64,000 nt of DNA from Meiothermus sp. (lineage in GTDB: Bacteria; Deinococcota; Deinococci; Deinococcales; Thermaceae), in contig JANRLD010000010.1 in the NCBI GenBank assembly GCA_033762915.1, positions 1 through 64,000 on the forward strand, in the 5' to 3' direction. The translations under genes and the position numbers were made by a program. This document shows positions 39,463 through 49,245 of this stretch, in pieces (the first letter of the stretch is position 1; each line of letters begins with the position of its first letter). The notes beneath the pieces are model-generated. The model saw only the letters and a program-made list of their open reading frames with translations, searched no databases and was not told the origin of the DNA.

Positions 39463-40395
39463 ATGCCCGCCCGCAAAGTCATCCTCGACTGCGACCCCGG
39501 CCACGACGACGCCATAGCGATGATGCTCGCGCTGGCCAGCCCCGAACTCGAGGTGCTGGGGGTCACGACCGTCTACGGCAACGTGGGCCTGGAGCGCACC
39601 ACCCGCAACGCCCTGGTGATTCGGGAGATCATCGGGGCGCAGGTGCCCATCTACGCCGGGGCCGACCGGCCGCTGGTACGCGAGCGCATCAGCGCGGAGT
39701 CGGTACACGGGGTCTCAGGCCTCGAGGGGCCACACCTGCCGGTACCCACAGGCACCACAGAGCCCCAGCACGCGGTGCAGTTCATCATCGAGCAGGTCCT
39801 CAGGCACCCCAATCAGGTCAGCCTGGTCCCCACCGGCACCCTGACCAACCTCGCGCTGGCCATGCGCCTCGAGCCGCGCATCGTGCCGCTGATCCGCGAG
39901 ATCGTGCTGATGGGCGGCTCGATCGACATCGGCAACTGGTCGCCCTCGGCCGAGTTCAACATCCTCTGCGATCCCCACGCCGCCCGGGTGGTGTTCGGGG
40001 CGGGCGTTCCGCTGACCATGTTGGGCCTCAACCTGACCCACCAGACCCCTGCCATCCCCGCGCGCATCGCCCGCTTCAGGGATTTGGGAACCAAGGTGGG
40101 GGAGTTCACCGCAGAGCTGCTCGAGTTCTTCCGCCAGCACCACAAGGAGCGCTACGACTGGGACGGGGCCCCCATTCACGACGCCTGCGCGGTGGCCTAC
40201 CTGGTCCGGCCCGAGCTGATCAAGACCAAGTTCCTGCACGTGGAGGTCGAGGCCAACGAGGGCCTGGCCTACGGGCGCACCGTGGCCGACTTCTGGCGCG
40301 TGACGGGCAAGCAGCCCAACTGCGAAGTCGGGATGGAGATTGACGTGGAGGGGTTCTACGATTTGCTGGTGGAGCGAATCGGGACGTACGGGTAG
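39463..40395 (+). CDS. Inosine/uridine-preferring nucleoside hydrolase
   Basis: DCDPGHDD, GN, HGVSGL, AEFNI..DP, HDA. Confidence 0.95.
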   Translation: MPARKVILDCDPGHDDAIAMMLALASPELEVLGVTTVYGNVGLERTTRNALVIREIIGAQVPIYAGADRPLVRERISAESVHGVSGLEGPHLPVPTGTTEPQHAVQFIIEQVLRHPNQVSLVPTGTLTNLALAMRLEPRIVPLIREIVLMGGSIDIGNWSPSAEFNILCDPHAARVVFGAGVPLTMLGLNLTHQTPAIPARIARFRDLGTKVGEFTAELLEFFRQHHKERYDWDGAPIHDACAVAYLVRPELIKTKFLHVEVEANEGLAYGRTVADFWRVTGKQPNCEVGMEIDVEGFYDLLVERIGTYG

Positions 40396-40515
40396 GCCCG
40401 GCCGGGGAGGGGTAAGGAGACAGCCCGTTGGGTACGCTCCCGTTGCTGCGTGTTCGCCTTTTGCACCGGCCTCCCGCTTCCCGCTTCCCGCCTCCCGCTA
40501 TAAGCTAGACCCACT

Positions 40516-41412
40516 ATGGGCATCGTGGTCGTCGGCAGCTTGAACATGGACATGGTGGTGCAGGTGCGCAAGCACCCGGTTCCGGGCGAGACTGTGCTGG
40601 GCTCGGACTACGAGACCCACCACGGTGGCAAGGGGGCCAACCAGGCGGTGGCGGCGGCGCGGATGGGCGCCAAGGTGCGGATGATCGGGCGGGTGGGCAC
40701 CGACGAGTTCGGCAAGCGGCTGCGGACCGGCCTGCAGCGCGAGGGCATCAACGTCCACGCCGTGGTGCCGATGGCGGTACCGACCGGCGTGGCCTTCATC
40801 GCGGTGAGCGAGGACAGCCAGAACACCATCATCGTCTCGCCGGGGGCCAACCATAAGCTGCGCCCGGAGAACCTGGTGGCCTCGGAGTTCGACGACGCTT
40901 CCGCTGTGGTGATGCAGCTCGAGGTGCCCCTGGACACTGTGAAGAAGGCCGCCCAGTTGGGCCGCGCGGCCGGGGCCAAGATCATCCTCAACGCCGCGCC
41001 CGCCCAGAAGCTCTCGGAGAAGTTCCTGTCCCTCATAGATGTGCTGGTAGTCAACGAGAGCGAGGCCTGCGCACTGGCGGGCTGTACCGTGGACGCGCCC
41101 GCGAACGCCGCGGACGCCGCCAAGGCGCTGCAGCTCTACTGTCCCACGGTCGTCGTCACCCTGGGCGAGCAGGGCGCGGTCTGGGTAAGCCCCGACGGCG
41201 AGGGCCACCAGCCCGCCTTCGAGGTCGAGGAGGTGGACTCCACCGGCGCGGGTGATGCCTTCATCGGGGCGCTGGCGGCGGCCATCTGCGAGGGGCAGGA
41301 CATCGCCACCGCCGTGCGCTGGGGCTGCGCGGCAGGCTCGCTGGCGACCTCGAGGGCCGGGGCCCAGCCCTCGCTGCCCGTGCGCCAAGAGGTCATGGGC
41401 CGGCTAGGTTAG
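40516..41412 (+). CDS. rbsK: Ribokinase
   Basis: GSLNMD, GGKGANQAVAAAR, NESE, DSTGAGDAF. Confidence 0.95.
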   Translation: MGIVVVGSLNMDMVVQVRKHPVPGETVLGSDYETHHGGKGANQAVAAARMGAKVRMIGRVGTDEFGKRLRTGLQREGINVHAVVPMAVPTGVAFIAVSEDSQNTIIVSPGANHKLRPENLVASEFDDASAVVMQLEVPLDTVKKAAQLGRAAGAKIILNAAPAQKLSEKFLSLIDVLVVNESEACALAGCTVDAPANAADAAKALQLYCPTVVVTLGEQGAVWVSPDGEGHQPAFEVEEVDSTGAGDAFIGALAAAICEGQDIATAVRWGCAAGSLATSRAGAQPSLPVRQEVMGRLG

Positions 41413-42003
41413 CCAGCCGATCAGCACCGTCAGCGCCACCGCCCCGATGGCCGCCGTGGTGGGGAGCGCCCGGTGTGGGGCATGGGCCTGCAGCCCGCCA
41501 TACAGCACCCAGAGCATCGGGGGCAAGCAGAGCGCCACGCAGACCTGCATTACCCGGTGAATCGGTGCGGACTGCACGGCGGCCTGGTAGAGCCGCAGCC
41601 ACGCCTCGAGGCCCGAAACGTCGGTTGCGGGGGGGCGCGGCGGCAGGCTGTCGGGGATTGGCAGCAGCAGGGCCAGCATCCCCCAGACCCCCATGATCGC
41701 CAGCGCCGGGGCACAGACCCAGCCCGCCAGTTCCCAACCCTTGGCCTCCCAGCCCGCCAGCACCAGGATGGCCGCCCCCAGCCCCAGCCACAGCACGAAC
41801 CCCAGCCCGGCCCCCAGCAGCGCCCCCACAACCAGCTGCACCGGCAGCGAGAGCTGGTTGTCAAACTCCCGCGCCATCAGCACACTGCCCGAAAACACCA
41901 CCACCCCCAGGGCCGCGCACAGCCCCAGCCCCTTGCGCCAGTCGGGGTCGTGGGCCTGTAGGTTTCGGAAGAACCCTCGAGGCCGGGTAAACAGTTCGAT
42001 CAT
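41404..42003 (-). CDS. Hypothetical membrane protein, Yip1-like
   Basis: LFTRPRGFF start and about 5 TM helices. Confidence 0.65.
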   Translation of the reverse strand: MIELFTRPRGFFRNLQAHDPDWRKGLGLCAALGVVVFSGSVLMAREFDNQLSLPVQLVVGALLGAGLGFVLWLGLGAAILVLAGWEAKGWELAGWVCAPALAIMGVWGMLALLLPIPDSLPPRPPATDVSGLEAWLRLYQAAVQSAPIHRVMQVCVALCLPPMLWVLYGGLQAHAPHRALPTTAAIGAVALTVLIGWLT

Positions 42004-42084
42004 CAGCGCTACGATAACAGCCCCGGGGCCAAAATGAGCCTTCCAACGTTGAGCCTTTCGCCGTTTGCCTTTAGCCTATACCCA

Positions 42085-43158
42085 GTGCAACTGATTCGCC
42101 TGCGGCAGAAAAACTTTCGCAACCTCAGCACCCCCGTCTTCACCCCGGCCAAGGGCCTCACCACCGTGGTGGGCGGCAACGCCCAGGGCAAGACCAACCT
42201 GCTCGAGGCCATCGAGCTGGTGCTGGGCGGCGAGCTGCGCAACGGCCTGCTGGAGCGTGTCCGCTTCGGTGAGGGCGAGGCCTGGGTTCACGCCGAGGTC
42301 GACACCCAGTTTGGCAACAGCAGGCTCGAGGTCAAGTTCAGCCGCGAGGGCAAGGAGCACAAGCTCAACGAGAGCCCGGCCAGCCTGCGCGAGCTGGCCC
42401 AGCTCCCCGGCGCGGTGCTGCTGGGGCCGGACGACCTCGAGCTGGTGCTGGGCGGCCCCGAGGAGCGGCGCAGGTTCCTGGATCTGCTGCTCTCGAGGTT
42501 CTCGGCCCGCTACCGGCAGATGCTGGGGCAGTACAGCCGGGCCCTGCAGCAGAGAAACGCGGTGCTTAAGAGCGCGTTTACCAGGGGGCGCGGCCGCAGC
42601 GAAGGCGAGGGCGCACCCAGCGCGATTCAGTCCTCCATCGGCATCTGGAACGCCGAGCTGGTTAAGTACGGCTCCGAGATTCTGAGCCTGCGCCGCCGCA
42701 TGCTAACCAAGCTGACCCCACTGGCCCGGGAGGCCTACGCCGAGCTGGCCCCCGGAACCCTGGGCCTCGAGCCCTTCGAGACGGTGAGCCCGGAGCGCTT
42801 CCTGGGGGCGCTGGAGGACAACCTGCAGGACGACCTCCAGCGCGGCGTGACCGGCATCGGCCCCCACCGCGACGACCTGATGGTGCTGCTCGAGGGCCGC
42901 GAGGCCATCAAGTTCGGCAGCCGGGGCGAGTGCCGCAGCATCGCCCTGGCGCTGCGCCTGGCCGAGCACCGCCTGCTCTGGCAGCACTACGACGAAGCTC
43001 CCCTATTGCTGGTAGACGAGTGGCACTCCGAGCTGGACGCCCGGCGACGCGGGGCCCTGCTGGCCTACGCCCAGAGCCTGCCCCAAGCCATTCTGGCGGG
43101 CCTCGAGACGCCCGGCAGCGGGGCAGTGGTGGAGATCGAGGCGGGGGTGTGGGGATGA
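42085..43158 (+). CDS. recF: DNA replication/repair protein RecF
   Basis: NFRN, GGNAQGKTNLLEAI, RRRFLD, QRNA, GPHRDDL, GSRGE, LLVDE..SELD. Confidence 0.95.
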   Translation: MQLIRLRQKNFRNLSTPVFTPAKGLTTVVGGNAQGKTNLLEAIELVLGGELRNGLLERVRFGEGEAWVHAEVDTQFGNSRLEVKFSREGKEHKLNESPASLRELAQLPGAVLLGPDDLELVLGGPEERRRFLDLLLSRFSARYRQMLGQYSRALQQRNAVLKSAFTRGRGRSEGEGAPSAIQSSIGIWNAELVKYGSEILSLRRRMLTKLTPLAREAYAELAPGTLGLEPFETVSPERFLGALEDNLQDDLQRGVTGIGPHRDDLMVLLEGREAIKFGSRGECRSIALALRLAEHRLLWQHYDEAPLLLVDEWHSELDARRRGALLAYAQSLPQAILAGLETPGSGAVVEIEAGVWG

Positions 43159-43256
43159 GGTTTGCTCAGCCTTAGCTGAGCGCTTCGACCAGCCTACACC
43201 GGGGCCCAGGAGGTGAGCCTGTGCAAGTCGACGGTACAGCTTGAGGTGGTGATTTC

Positions 43257-43391
43257 CGCGTGGCCGAAATCCGCAAGGCCGGGCAAGCCATAGAGGTTCG
43301 GACCCTGGCCCGGTATGCTGAGACACTAGGATACAAACTCGAGATTTCGTTCGTCGCCAAAGACGGCGGAAAGCGACTGGTGGAAAAATGA
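43257..43391 (+). pseudogene. C-terminal remnant of an XRE/HigA-like HTH protein
   Basis: RVAEIRKAGQAIEVRTLARYAETLGYKLEISFV..; upstream in-frame TGA at 43242; stop overlaps next ATG. Confidence 0.5.
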
Positions 43392-43678
43392 AACTCCAAC
43401 TCCGCACCTACACCATCAACAAGGGACAGCTCGAGCAGTTCACCCACGACTTCAACCACAAGATCAAGGCCGCCCGGGAGTCGGTTGGGTTCAAGGTGCT
43501 GGGGGCCTGGACGGTGCCCGCCACCAATCAGTTTGTGTGGATCATGGGCCTGGATAGCGGCCTGGACTGGGAGAAGCACGACAAGGCCTACTTCGACTCC
43601 GAGGCCAGACGGGCCATGCAGCCCGACCCTGGTCTAGTGATCGCCCGAATGGAGAACCACTTTATCGAGGAGGCGTGA
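43388..43678 (+). CDS. NIPSNAP family protein
   Basis: QLRTYTI..G, GFKVLGAW, FVWI. Confidence 0.8.
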   Translation: MKLQLRTYTINKGQLEQFTHDFNHKIKAARESVGFKVLGAWTVPATNQFVWIMGLDSGLDWEKHDKAYFDSEARRAMQPDPGLVIARMENHFIEEA

Positions 43679-44150
43679 TCTCGAGGGGCTTCTCGAGCCT
43701 AAGCACCACGCAGTCGTTGGCGTAGGTGCGCTCGGGCAGCACGATCAGCACGTTGGCGGCTCGCTCCGCGAGGGCGAAGGGCGCGTGGTGCCAGACCCCA
43801 GGGCGGATGGCCACGAAGGTGCCGCAGGGGACCCGGAAGACCCGGAAGGTCTCGGGCACCGCGCCGGACCCGGTGGCGGTGGCGAAGTGCAGAAGCACGT
43901 CGGCGTCGAGCGGCAGGATGCCCTCGCCGGTGCGAGAGTGGTACTCGGTGATGTCGATCAACAAGGGGCGCGGCTCGACCCGGCAAACCGAGAACGACGG
44001 AGCTCCCTGGCCCAGCTCGAGCTGCACCATGTCGCGGAAGAACTCGATGGGCGGCGCGCCGAACTTGGTCGCGCCGGGATTGACCATCTGGGCGTAGCTG
44101 CCGAAGGGCGCAAAGCCCTCCATTGTGAGTTCCTCAATTTGGATCGCCAT
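43662..44150 (-). CDS. Ureidoglycolate lyase (AllA)-like cupin
   Basis: LTMEGFAPFG, EYH...E, GVWHHAPF. Confidence 0.78.
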   Translation of the reverse strand: MAIQIEELTMEGFAPFGSYAQMVNPGATKFGAPPIEFFRDMVQLELGQGAPSFSVCRVEPRPLLIDITEYHSRTGEGILPLDADVLLHFATATGSGAVPETFRVFRVPCGTFVAIRPGVWHHAPFALAERAANVLIVLPERTYANDCVVLRLEKPLEITPPR

Positions 44151-44173
44151 GCGGTATAGATTATCTTGAAGTC

Positions 44174-44569
44174 ATGAGTCCTGACGCAGCCGCCGACGCG
44201 AGGCGCACCCTGGTCTGGTCGGCGCTGCTGGCGCTGGCCATCCTCTCCCTTGTGGTGCTAATGCTCTCCGCCGTGACCCTGGTGCAGCTCCTGCCCCACG
44301 CGGCGCGCCTGACCAACGAGACCGGCATCGTGACCCTGCCCTCGGGCATGAAGGCCAACGCCGACCTCTTCCGCGTGAGCGTCCCCGCCTTCGCGCTGTC
44401 GCTGGGTCTGGCGGCGGCCTCGGTGTGGGGTCTGCTGTGGTTCAAGAAGCAGTGGGCCGCCGAGCCTGTGGCGGCCAAGTCCGCCAAGCCGGGCAAGGCG
44501 GCCCAGGCCAAGCCAGGAAAGGCAGCACCCAAATCCAGCCAGGGCGGCAAGAAAAAGCGGAGAAAGTAG
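44174..44569 (+). CDS. Hypothetical 2-TM protein with basic low-complexity tail
   Basis: Two hydrophobic helices; AKPGKAA x2, GGKKKRRK. Confidence 0.7.
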   Translation: MSPDAAADARRTLVWSALLALAILSLVVLMLSAVTLVQLLPHAARLTNETGIVTLPSGMKANADLFRVSVPAFALSLGLAAASVWGLLWFKKQWAAEPVAAKSAKPGKAAQAKPGKAAPKSSQGGKKKRRK

Positions 44570-44671
44570 CTGGTGGGTCGGGCGCTGTGCTGAATGCCCC
44601 GTGCCCGTCAGTAGACCTCGAGGCACCGACTCTTTGGGGGCAGCGCAGCGCGCCTTACGGTGCGACCAACC

Positions 44672-45160
44672 CTACCGCGTATAGCTCCACGAGACGGGCT
44701 GCCCGCCCTGGTAGGGCATTACGCCGTGGAAGGGACGGGGGTCGGGGTCGAAGACCAGCGGCAGGAAGTGCCGGTCGCCCGGCCAGACCGGGAGCCTCAG
44801 GCCCACCAGGTCGGCCACCGGGTGCCACTCCAGCCGCCCCTCGTGGTTCTGGCCGCTCGCCTCGCCCGACCAACGGGTGATCAGGAAGATGAACCCGAAC
44901 CAGTCCTCCCCGTGCTTTCCAAAGCCCGGCCAGGAGAGCGTGCCGCGCAGCTCCATCTCGGTGGCTTCAATTCCGGCCTCCTCTTTCAGCTCGCGCCGCA
45001 TCCCCGCCGCCACGTCCTCCCCGGCCTCGAGCTTCCCCCCCAGGCCGTTGTACTTGCCCAGCGCGGGGTCGTCCGGCCTCGAGCGGTAGATCAGCAGCAC
45101 CCGCTCCCGGTCGGGCGAGAGCACGTAGCCGAGGGTGGCGAGGATGGGGGTGTAGGGCAT
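44672..45160 (-). CDS. Nudix hydrolase (8-oxo-dGTPase/MTH1-like)
   Basis: Nudix box GGKLEAGEDVAAGMRRELKEEAGI; WPGD. Confidence 0.92.
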   Translation of the reverse strand: MPYTPILATLGYVLSPDRERVLLIYRSRPDDPALGKYNGLGGKLEAGEDVAAGMRRELKEEAGIEATEMELRGTLSWPGFGKHGEDWFGFIFLITRWSGEASGQNHEGRLEWHPVADLVGLRLPVWPGDRHFLPLVFDPDPRPFHGVMPYQGGQPVSWSYTR

Positions 45161-45227
45161 CGAAGTGGGGCGGAAGGGAGGCAAGAAATCGAAGGCTTTC
45201 GGGTTTCTGCTCGGTTTGCCCCTGGGA

Positions 45228-46106
45228 TTATCCGCGCCTTGTCCGTCCGTCCAGCGTCATCACCGGGCCGTACAGATCGGGGCGGCGGTCGCGGAAGAAG
45301 CCGAATCCGGCGCGGAATTTTCTGGCCTCGAGCAGGTTCAGGTCGGCGTACAAGATGGCCTCCTCGCTGCGGCCCGCCTCGGCCAGCTTGTTGCCCATGT
45401 AGTCGACGATGAAGGAGCTGCCGTAGTAGCTCTGGGTGTGGCCCTCCACGGTCTCGGTGCCGATGCGGTTGGCGGCCCCCAGGTAGCAGAGGTTGGCCAC
45501 GGCGTGGCCGATCATCACCCGCTGCCACATCTCCTTGGTATCGAGCTGGGCGATATTCGAGGCCGCCGGCTCGGTGCCGATGGCGGTCGGGTAGAGCAGC
45601 ACCTCCGCACCCAGCAACGCCATGCTGCGGGCGCACTCGGGATACCACTGGTCCCAGCAGATGCCCGCCCCCACCGTCCCGATGGGCGTCCCGAAGGCCT
45701 TGAAGCCGGTGTCGCCGGGGTTGAAGTAGTACTTCTCCTCATAGCCGGGGCCGTCGGGGATGTGCGACTTGCGGTAGACGCCCAGGATTTCCCCCCGGTC
45801 GATCATGGCCAGGCTGTTGTAGTGGGCCTGGCCGGCCCGCTCGAAGAAGGAGAGCGGCAGCACCACGCCCAGCTCCCGGGCCAGGCGCTGGAACTCGGGG
45901 ATGAAGGGGTGGTTGTCTACCGGGTTGGCCCACTCGAAATAGGTTTCCCCCTCGACCTGACACCAGTACAGGTTCTCGAACAGCTCGGGCAGCAGGATCA
46001 GGTTCGCGCCGTTCTGGGCGGCCTCGCGCACCCGCTCGAGGCCCTTGTTCACGTTCTCGTCGCGCACGGCGGACATGGACATCTGGATTACGGCGAGTTT
46101 GGTCAT
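45228..46106 (-). CDS. aguB: N-carbamoylputrescine amidase
   Basis: PELF, YRKSHIPDGPGYEEKYYF, GICWDQWYPE, RDRRP; next to aguA. Confidence 0.93.
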   Translation of the reverse strand: MTKLAVIQMSMSAVRDENVNKGLERVREAAQNGANLILLPELFENLYWCQVEGETYFEWANPVDNHPFIPEFQRLARELGVVLPLSFFERAGQAHYNSLAMIDRGEILGVYRKSHIPDGPGYEEKYYFNPGDTGFKAFGTPIGTVGAGICWDQWYPECARSMALLGAEVLLYPTAIGTEPAASNIAQLDTKEMWQRVMIGHAVANLCYLGAANRIGTETVEGHTQSYYGSSFIVDYMGNKLAEAGRSEEAILYADLNLLEARKFRAGFGFFRDRRPDLYGPVMTLDGRTRRG

Positions 46107-46161
46107 GACAGCTCCTTGCTTCGGTGCGGGTGTCGGCTGAATCGTAGCTTTCCGTTTTGCT

Positions 46162-46192
46162 GAGGGCTGACGGCCAGTGGCCGTCAGCCCTC
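46162..46192. repeat. Perfect 14-bp hairpin across the aguA stop codon
   Basis: GAGGGCTGACGGCC-AGT-GGCCGTCAGCCCTC. Confidence 0.7.
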
Positions 46193-47212
46193 TCCTCTCC
46201 AAATTTCCCCTGCCGGCTGCTGCTGGGTCACACAGTGGAAGGAGCCGCCGCCCGTGATCAAGGCCCGGCTGCTGAGGCCAATGACCTGGCGACCCGGGAA
46301 GAGCGGCCGGAGGATCTCCAGCGCGAGGGCGTCGTTGGGGTCGCCGTAGGTCGGAACCAGCACAGCTCCGTTGGCGATGTAGAAGTTGGCGTAGGTGGGG
46401 GGCAGGCGGGTCTCGGCGTCGAGCCAGAGGGGGTTCTTGGGGATTGGCAGGGTGGCGACGCGGAATCCGCCGAGGCTCCGGAGGGTCTCGAGGTTCTCCT
46501 GCAAGACGCGGTGGTTCGCATCCGACTCATCCTCGCAGACCGCTGTCACGATGGTGTCCTCGGAGGTGAAGCGGCTGATGGTGTCAATGTGCCCGTCGGT
46601 GTGGTCGCCCTCCATGCCCTGATTCAGCCAGATCAGGTTGTCTACGCCCAGGTACTTATACAGATAGTCCTCGATGCCCTCCTCGTCCAGTTGCGGGTTG
46701 CGCTCGGGCGAGAGCAGGCACTGGCGGGTGGTGAGGCAGACCCCCAGGCCGTTGACCTCGAGGCTCCCCCCCTCCATCACGATGCCCGCGTCGAAGCTCG
46801 AGGCCCCCAGGTATCTGGCCATGTGCAGCGGCATCTGGTCGTCGAGGTCGGCGTCGTACTTGTTGCCCCAGCCGTTGAAGACCCAGTTGACCGGGGCCAC
46901 CCGGCCCTCGCGGTCGGTCACGAAGATCGCCCCGGAGTCGCGCAGCCAGAGGTCGTTGTGCGGAATGCGGTGCAGGGTGATGTTGCCCTTGAGCCGCGCC
47001 CCGGCGTCGCGCTCGGACTCCTCGTCGGCGACCACCAGGTGCACCGGCTCGAACTGCGCCAGGGTGTTGACAAATGCGGCGAACTCCCGGCGGACGGGCT
47101 CGAGCCAGCCCACCCACTTCTCGTCGTCGAAGGGCCAGGCCGTCCAGGTGGCGGCGTGGGGGCTCCACTCGGCGGGCATGGCAAACCCAAGGGAACGGGG
47201 GGTCTTCTCCAC
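46184..47212 (-). CDS. aguA: Agmatine deiminase
   Basis: MPAEW, WLRD, EGGS, DHTDGHID, YANF, GGSFHCVTQQ. Confidence 0.95.
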   Translation of the reverse strand: MEKTPRSLGFAMPAEWSPHAATWTAWPFDDEKWVGWLEPVRREFAAFVNTLAQFEPVHLVVADEESERDAGARLKGNITLHRIPHNDLWLRDSGAIFVTDREGRVAPVNWVFNGWGNKYDADLDDQMPLHMARYLGASSFDAGIVMEGGSLEVNGLGVCLTTRQCLLSPERNPQLDEEGIEDYLYKYLGVDNLIWLNQGMEGDHTDGHIDTISRFTSEDTIVTAVCEDESDANHRVLQENLETLRSLGGFRVATLPIPKNPLWLDAETRLPPTYANFYIANGAVLVPTYGDPNDALALEILRPLFPGRQVIGLSSRALITGGGSFHCVTQQQPAGEIWRGEG

Positions 47213-47347
47213 AAGTGTTCAAGTCTAGCACAAGAGGGAACAGGGGTCAGGGGTTAGGGCGCCGAACAACGCAAGGGGGCCGAGGGCTAGGCCGAAAGCC
47301 AACCGCCGCCTACCGTTCCCCCTCCCCGCCTGCTGTACAATCTCCCC

Positions 47348-47581
47348 ATGCCCCAACTCTTTAACGCCGACACCGGCGCGCACATCGGCGAGATTTCCGA
47401 GAGCCAGCTCGAGTTCCTCAGCGCCCAGATGGAAGAAGAATCCGCCGAAGACCAGGACTACTACCTGAACGCCGACCTGCTCGAGACCTGGCGCGAGAGC
47501 GGCGCCGACCCGGCACTGCTGGAACTGCTGGTCCGGGCGATGGGCGGGGCGGAAGACCTGAGCGTCAAGTGGTCGAGGTGA
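47348..47581 (+). CDS. Small acidic hypothetical protein
   Basis: TG-TACAAT 6 nt before ATG; EEESAEDQDYYLN. Confidence 0.75.
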   Translation: MPQLFNADTGAHIGEISESQLEFLSAQMEEESAEDQDYYLNADLLETWRESGADPALLELLVRAMGGAEDLSVKWSR

Positions 47582-47664
47582 GCTAAGAGGGGCTCGTGGT
47601 TGGTGGCTTGTGGCCAGTAGTTCCCCACAAGCCGCAGGCCGCGGGCCGCCAGCCCTATACACTT

Positions 47665-48645
47665 ATGAACAACTTCAAAGCTCTCGTTGTTGAAGCCGCC
47701 GAGCCGGGCTCGGCCAGGGTCCGCGAGGTCTCGAGCGACCAGTTGCCCGAAGGCGACGTGCTGGTGCGGGTCGCCTACAGCACCCTTAACTACAAGGACG
47801 GGCTGGCGGTCACCGGGAAGGGCAAGGTGATCCGCAAGTTCCCGATGGTGCCGGGGATCGATTTTTCGGGCACCGTGGTGGAATCGGCCTCGCCCGCCTA
47901 CCGGCCGGGCGACGCGGTGATCCTGACCGGCTGGGGCGTGGGCGAGACCCACTGGGGCGGAATGGCCGAGCTGGCCAGGGTCAAGGCCGACTGGCTGGTG
48001 CCGCTGCCCTCCGGGCTAGACCTGCGCCGGGCCATGGGGCTGGGCACCGCCGGCTTCACGGCGATGCTGTGCGTGATGGCGCTGCAAGAACACCACATCG
48101 ACAAAGGCAAAGAGGTGGTGGTGACCGGCGCGGCAGGCGGCGTGGGCAGCGTGGCGGTGGCGGTGCTGGCGAAGCTGGGCTACCGGGTGACCGCCTCTAC
48201 CGGCCGTCCGGCCGAGGCCGACTACCTGAGGTCGCTGGGGGCCACCGAGATTTTGGACCGCGCGGTGCTGTCGGCCCCGGGCCGGCCGCTGGAGTCCGAG
48301 CGCTTTGGCGGCGCGGTGGACACCGTGGGCGGCGCGACCCTGGCGGGCATCCTCTCGAGGATGGCCTCGGGCGGCAGCGTGGCCTCGACCGGCGTGGCGG
48401 GCGGGGCCGATCTCCAGACCACCGTCTTCCCCTTCATCCTGCGCGGGGTGAACCTGCTGGGCGTCAACTCGGTCACGGTGCCCCTCGAGCGCCGCAAGCT
48501 GGCCTGGGAGCGGCTGGCCGCCGAGATGCCCTCGGAGCTGCTCGAGGCCGCCATGCAGACCATTCGTCTCGAGGGAGTCCCCGAGTACGCCGAGCGTATC
48601 CTGGCGGGCCAGGTGCGGGGGCGGGTGGTGGTGGAGATCGGGTAA
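47665..48645 (+). CDS. YhdH/AcuI-type MDR oxidoreductase
   Basis: YSTLNYKD, PGID, GTAGFTA, TGAAGGVGS, PFILRGV. Confidence 0.93.
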   Translation: MNNFKALVVEAAEPGSARVREVSSDQLPEGDVLVRVAYSTLNYKDGLAVTGKGKVIRKFPMVPGIDFSGTVVESASPAYRPGDAVILTGWGVGETHWGGMAELARVKADWLVPLPSGLDLRRAMGLGTAGFTAMLCVMALQEHHIDKGKEVVVTGAAGGVGSVAVAVLAKLGYRVTASTGRPAEADYLRSLGATEILDRAVLSAPGRPLESERFGGAVDTVGGATLAGILSRMASGGSVASTGVAGGADLQTTVFPFILRGVNLLGVNSVTVPLERRKLAWERLAAEMPSELLEAAMQTIRLEGVPEYAERILAGQVRGRVVVEIG

Positions 48646-48662
48646 GGTCGAAGATCCTATGC

Positions 48663-48698
48663 CAGAGGCGACCCCCACAACTTCGGGGGTCGCCTCTG
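48663..48698. terminator. Strong hairpin between convergent genes
   Basis: CAGAGGCGACCCCC-8 nt-GGGGGTCGCCTCTG; no clear U tract. Confidence 0.65.
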
Positions 48699-48734
48699 TA
48701 GTTGCTGGGGCCTTTGGCTACCGGCTAGCCGCCA

Positions 48735-49190
48735 TCAAGGCCACTTCACCCACGACTTGGGCGTCTCGAGGCCGGCCATCCGCATCATGGTGAAGACCTG
48801 GCCCTTGTGATGGGCCTCGTGCTCGATCATGTAGTCGATCAGGCTCCCGACCTGGACGGTGCGCCCGCCCATGGCGGTCACGCTGGCACCGATCTGCTCG
48901 GGGGTCAGGGCCTTGAGCATCTCCACGGTGGCGGCGGTGCCGGCCTTGAGGTTTTCGAGGGCGGCGTGGTAGCTGGCCGAGGGCTCGGGGCGCACCCGCT
49001 CGCCGCCCTTGATCAAGGTGGCGAAGAAGCCGCCCGCGCCGCTCATGTGGTCGGCCATCTTGGCGAAGTCCATCGCGCCCTCCCAGGGGACAAAGCCGGC
49101 CTTGTCGGCGGGGACCGACTCGAGCAAATCAACTAGGGCTCCACGGTGCATCATGAAGCGGACGGCGTACTCGGCTCCGGTGCTGGGCAT
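48735..49190 (-). CDS. DinB family protein
   Basis: DH and HEAHHKGQ metal-binding His; RMAG. Confidence 0.88.
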   Translation of the reverse strand: MPSTGAEYAVRFMMHRGALVDLLESVPADKAGFVPWEGAMDFAKMADHMSGAGGFFATLIKGGERVRPEPSASYHAALENLKAGTAATVEMLKALTPEQIGASVTAMGGRTVQVGSLIDYMIEHEAHHKGQVFTMMRMAGLETPKSWVKWP

Positions 49191-49245
49191 AGTTTGTTTC
49201 TCCTTTACCCGCCCATCATACCGGTGCGGTTGCTAAACTGTCAGC

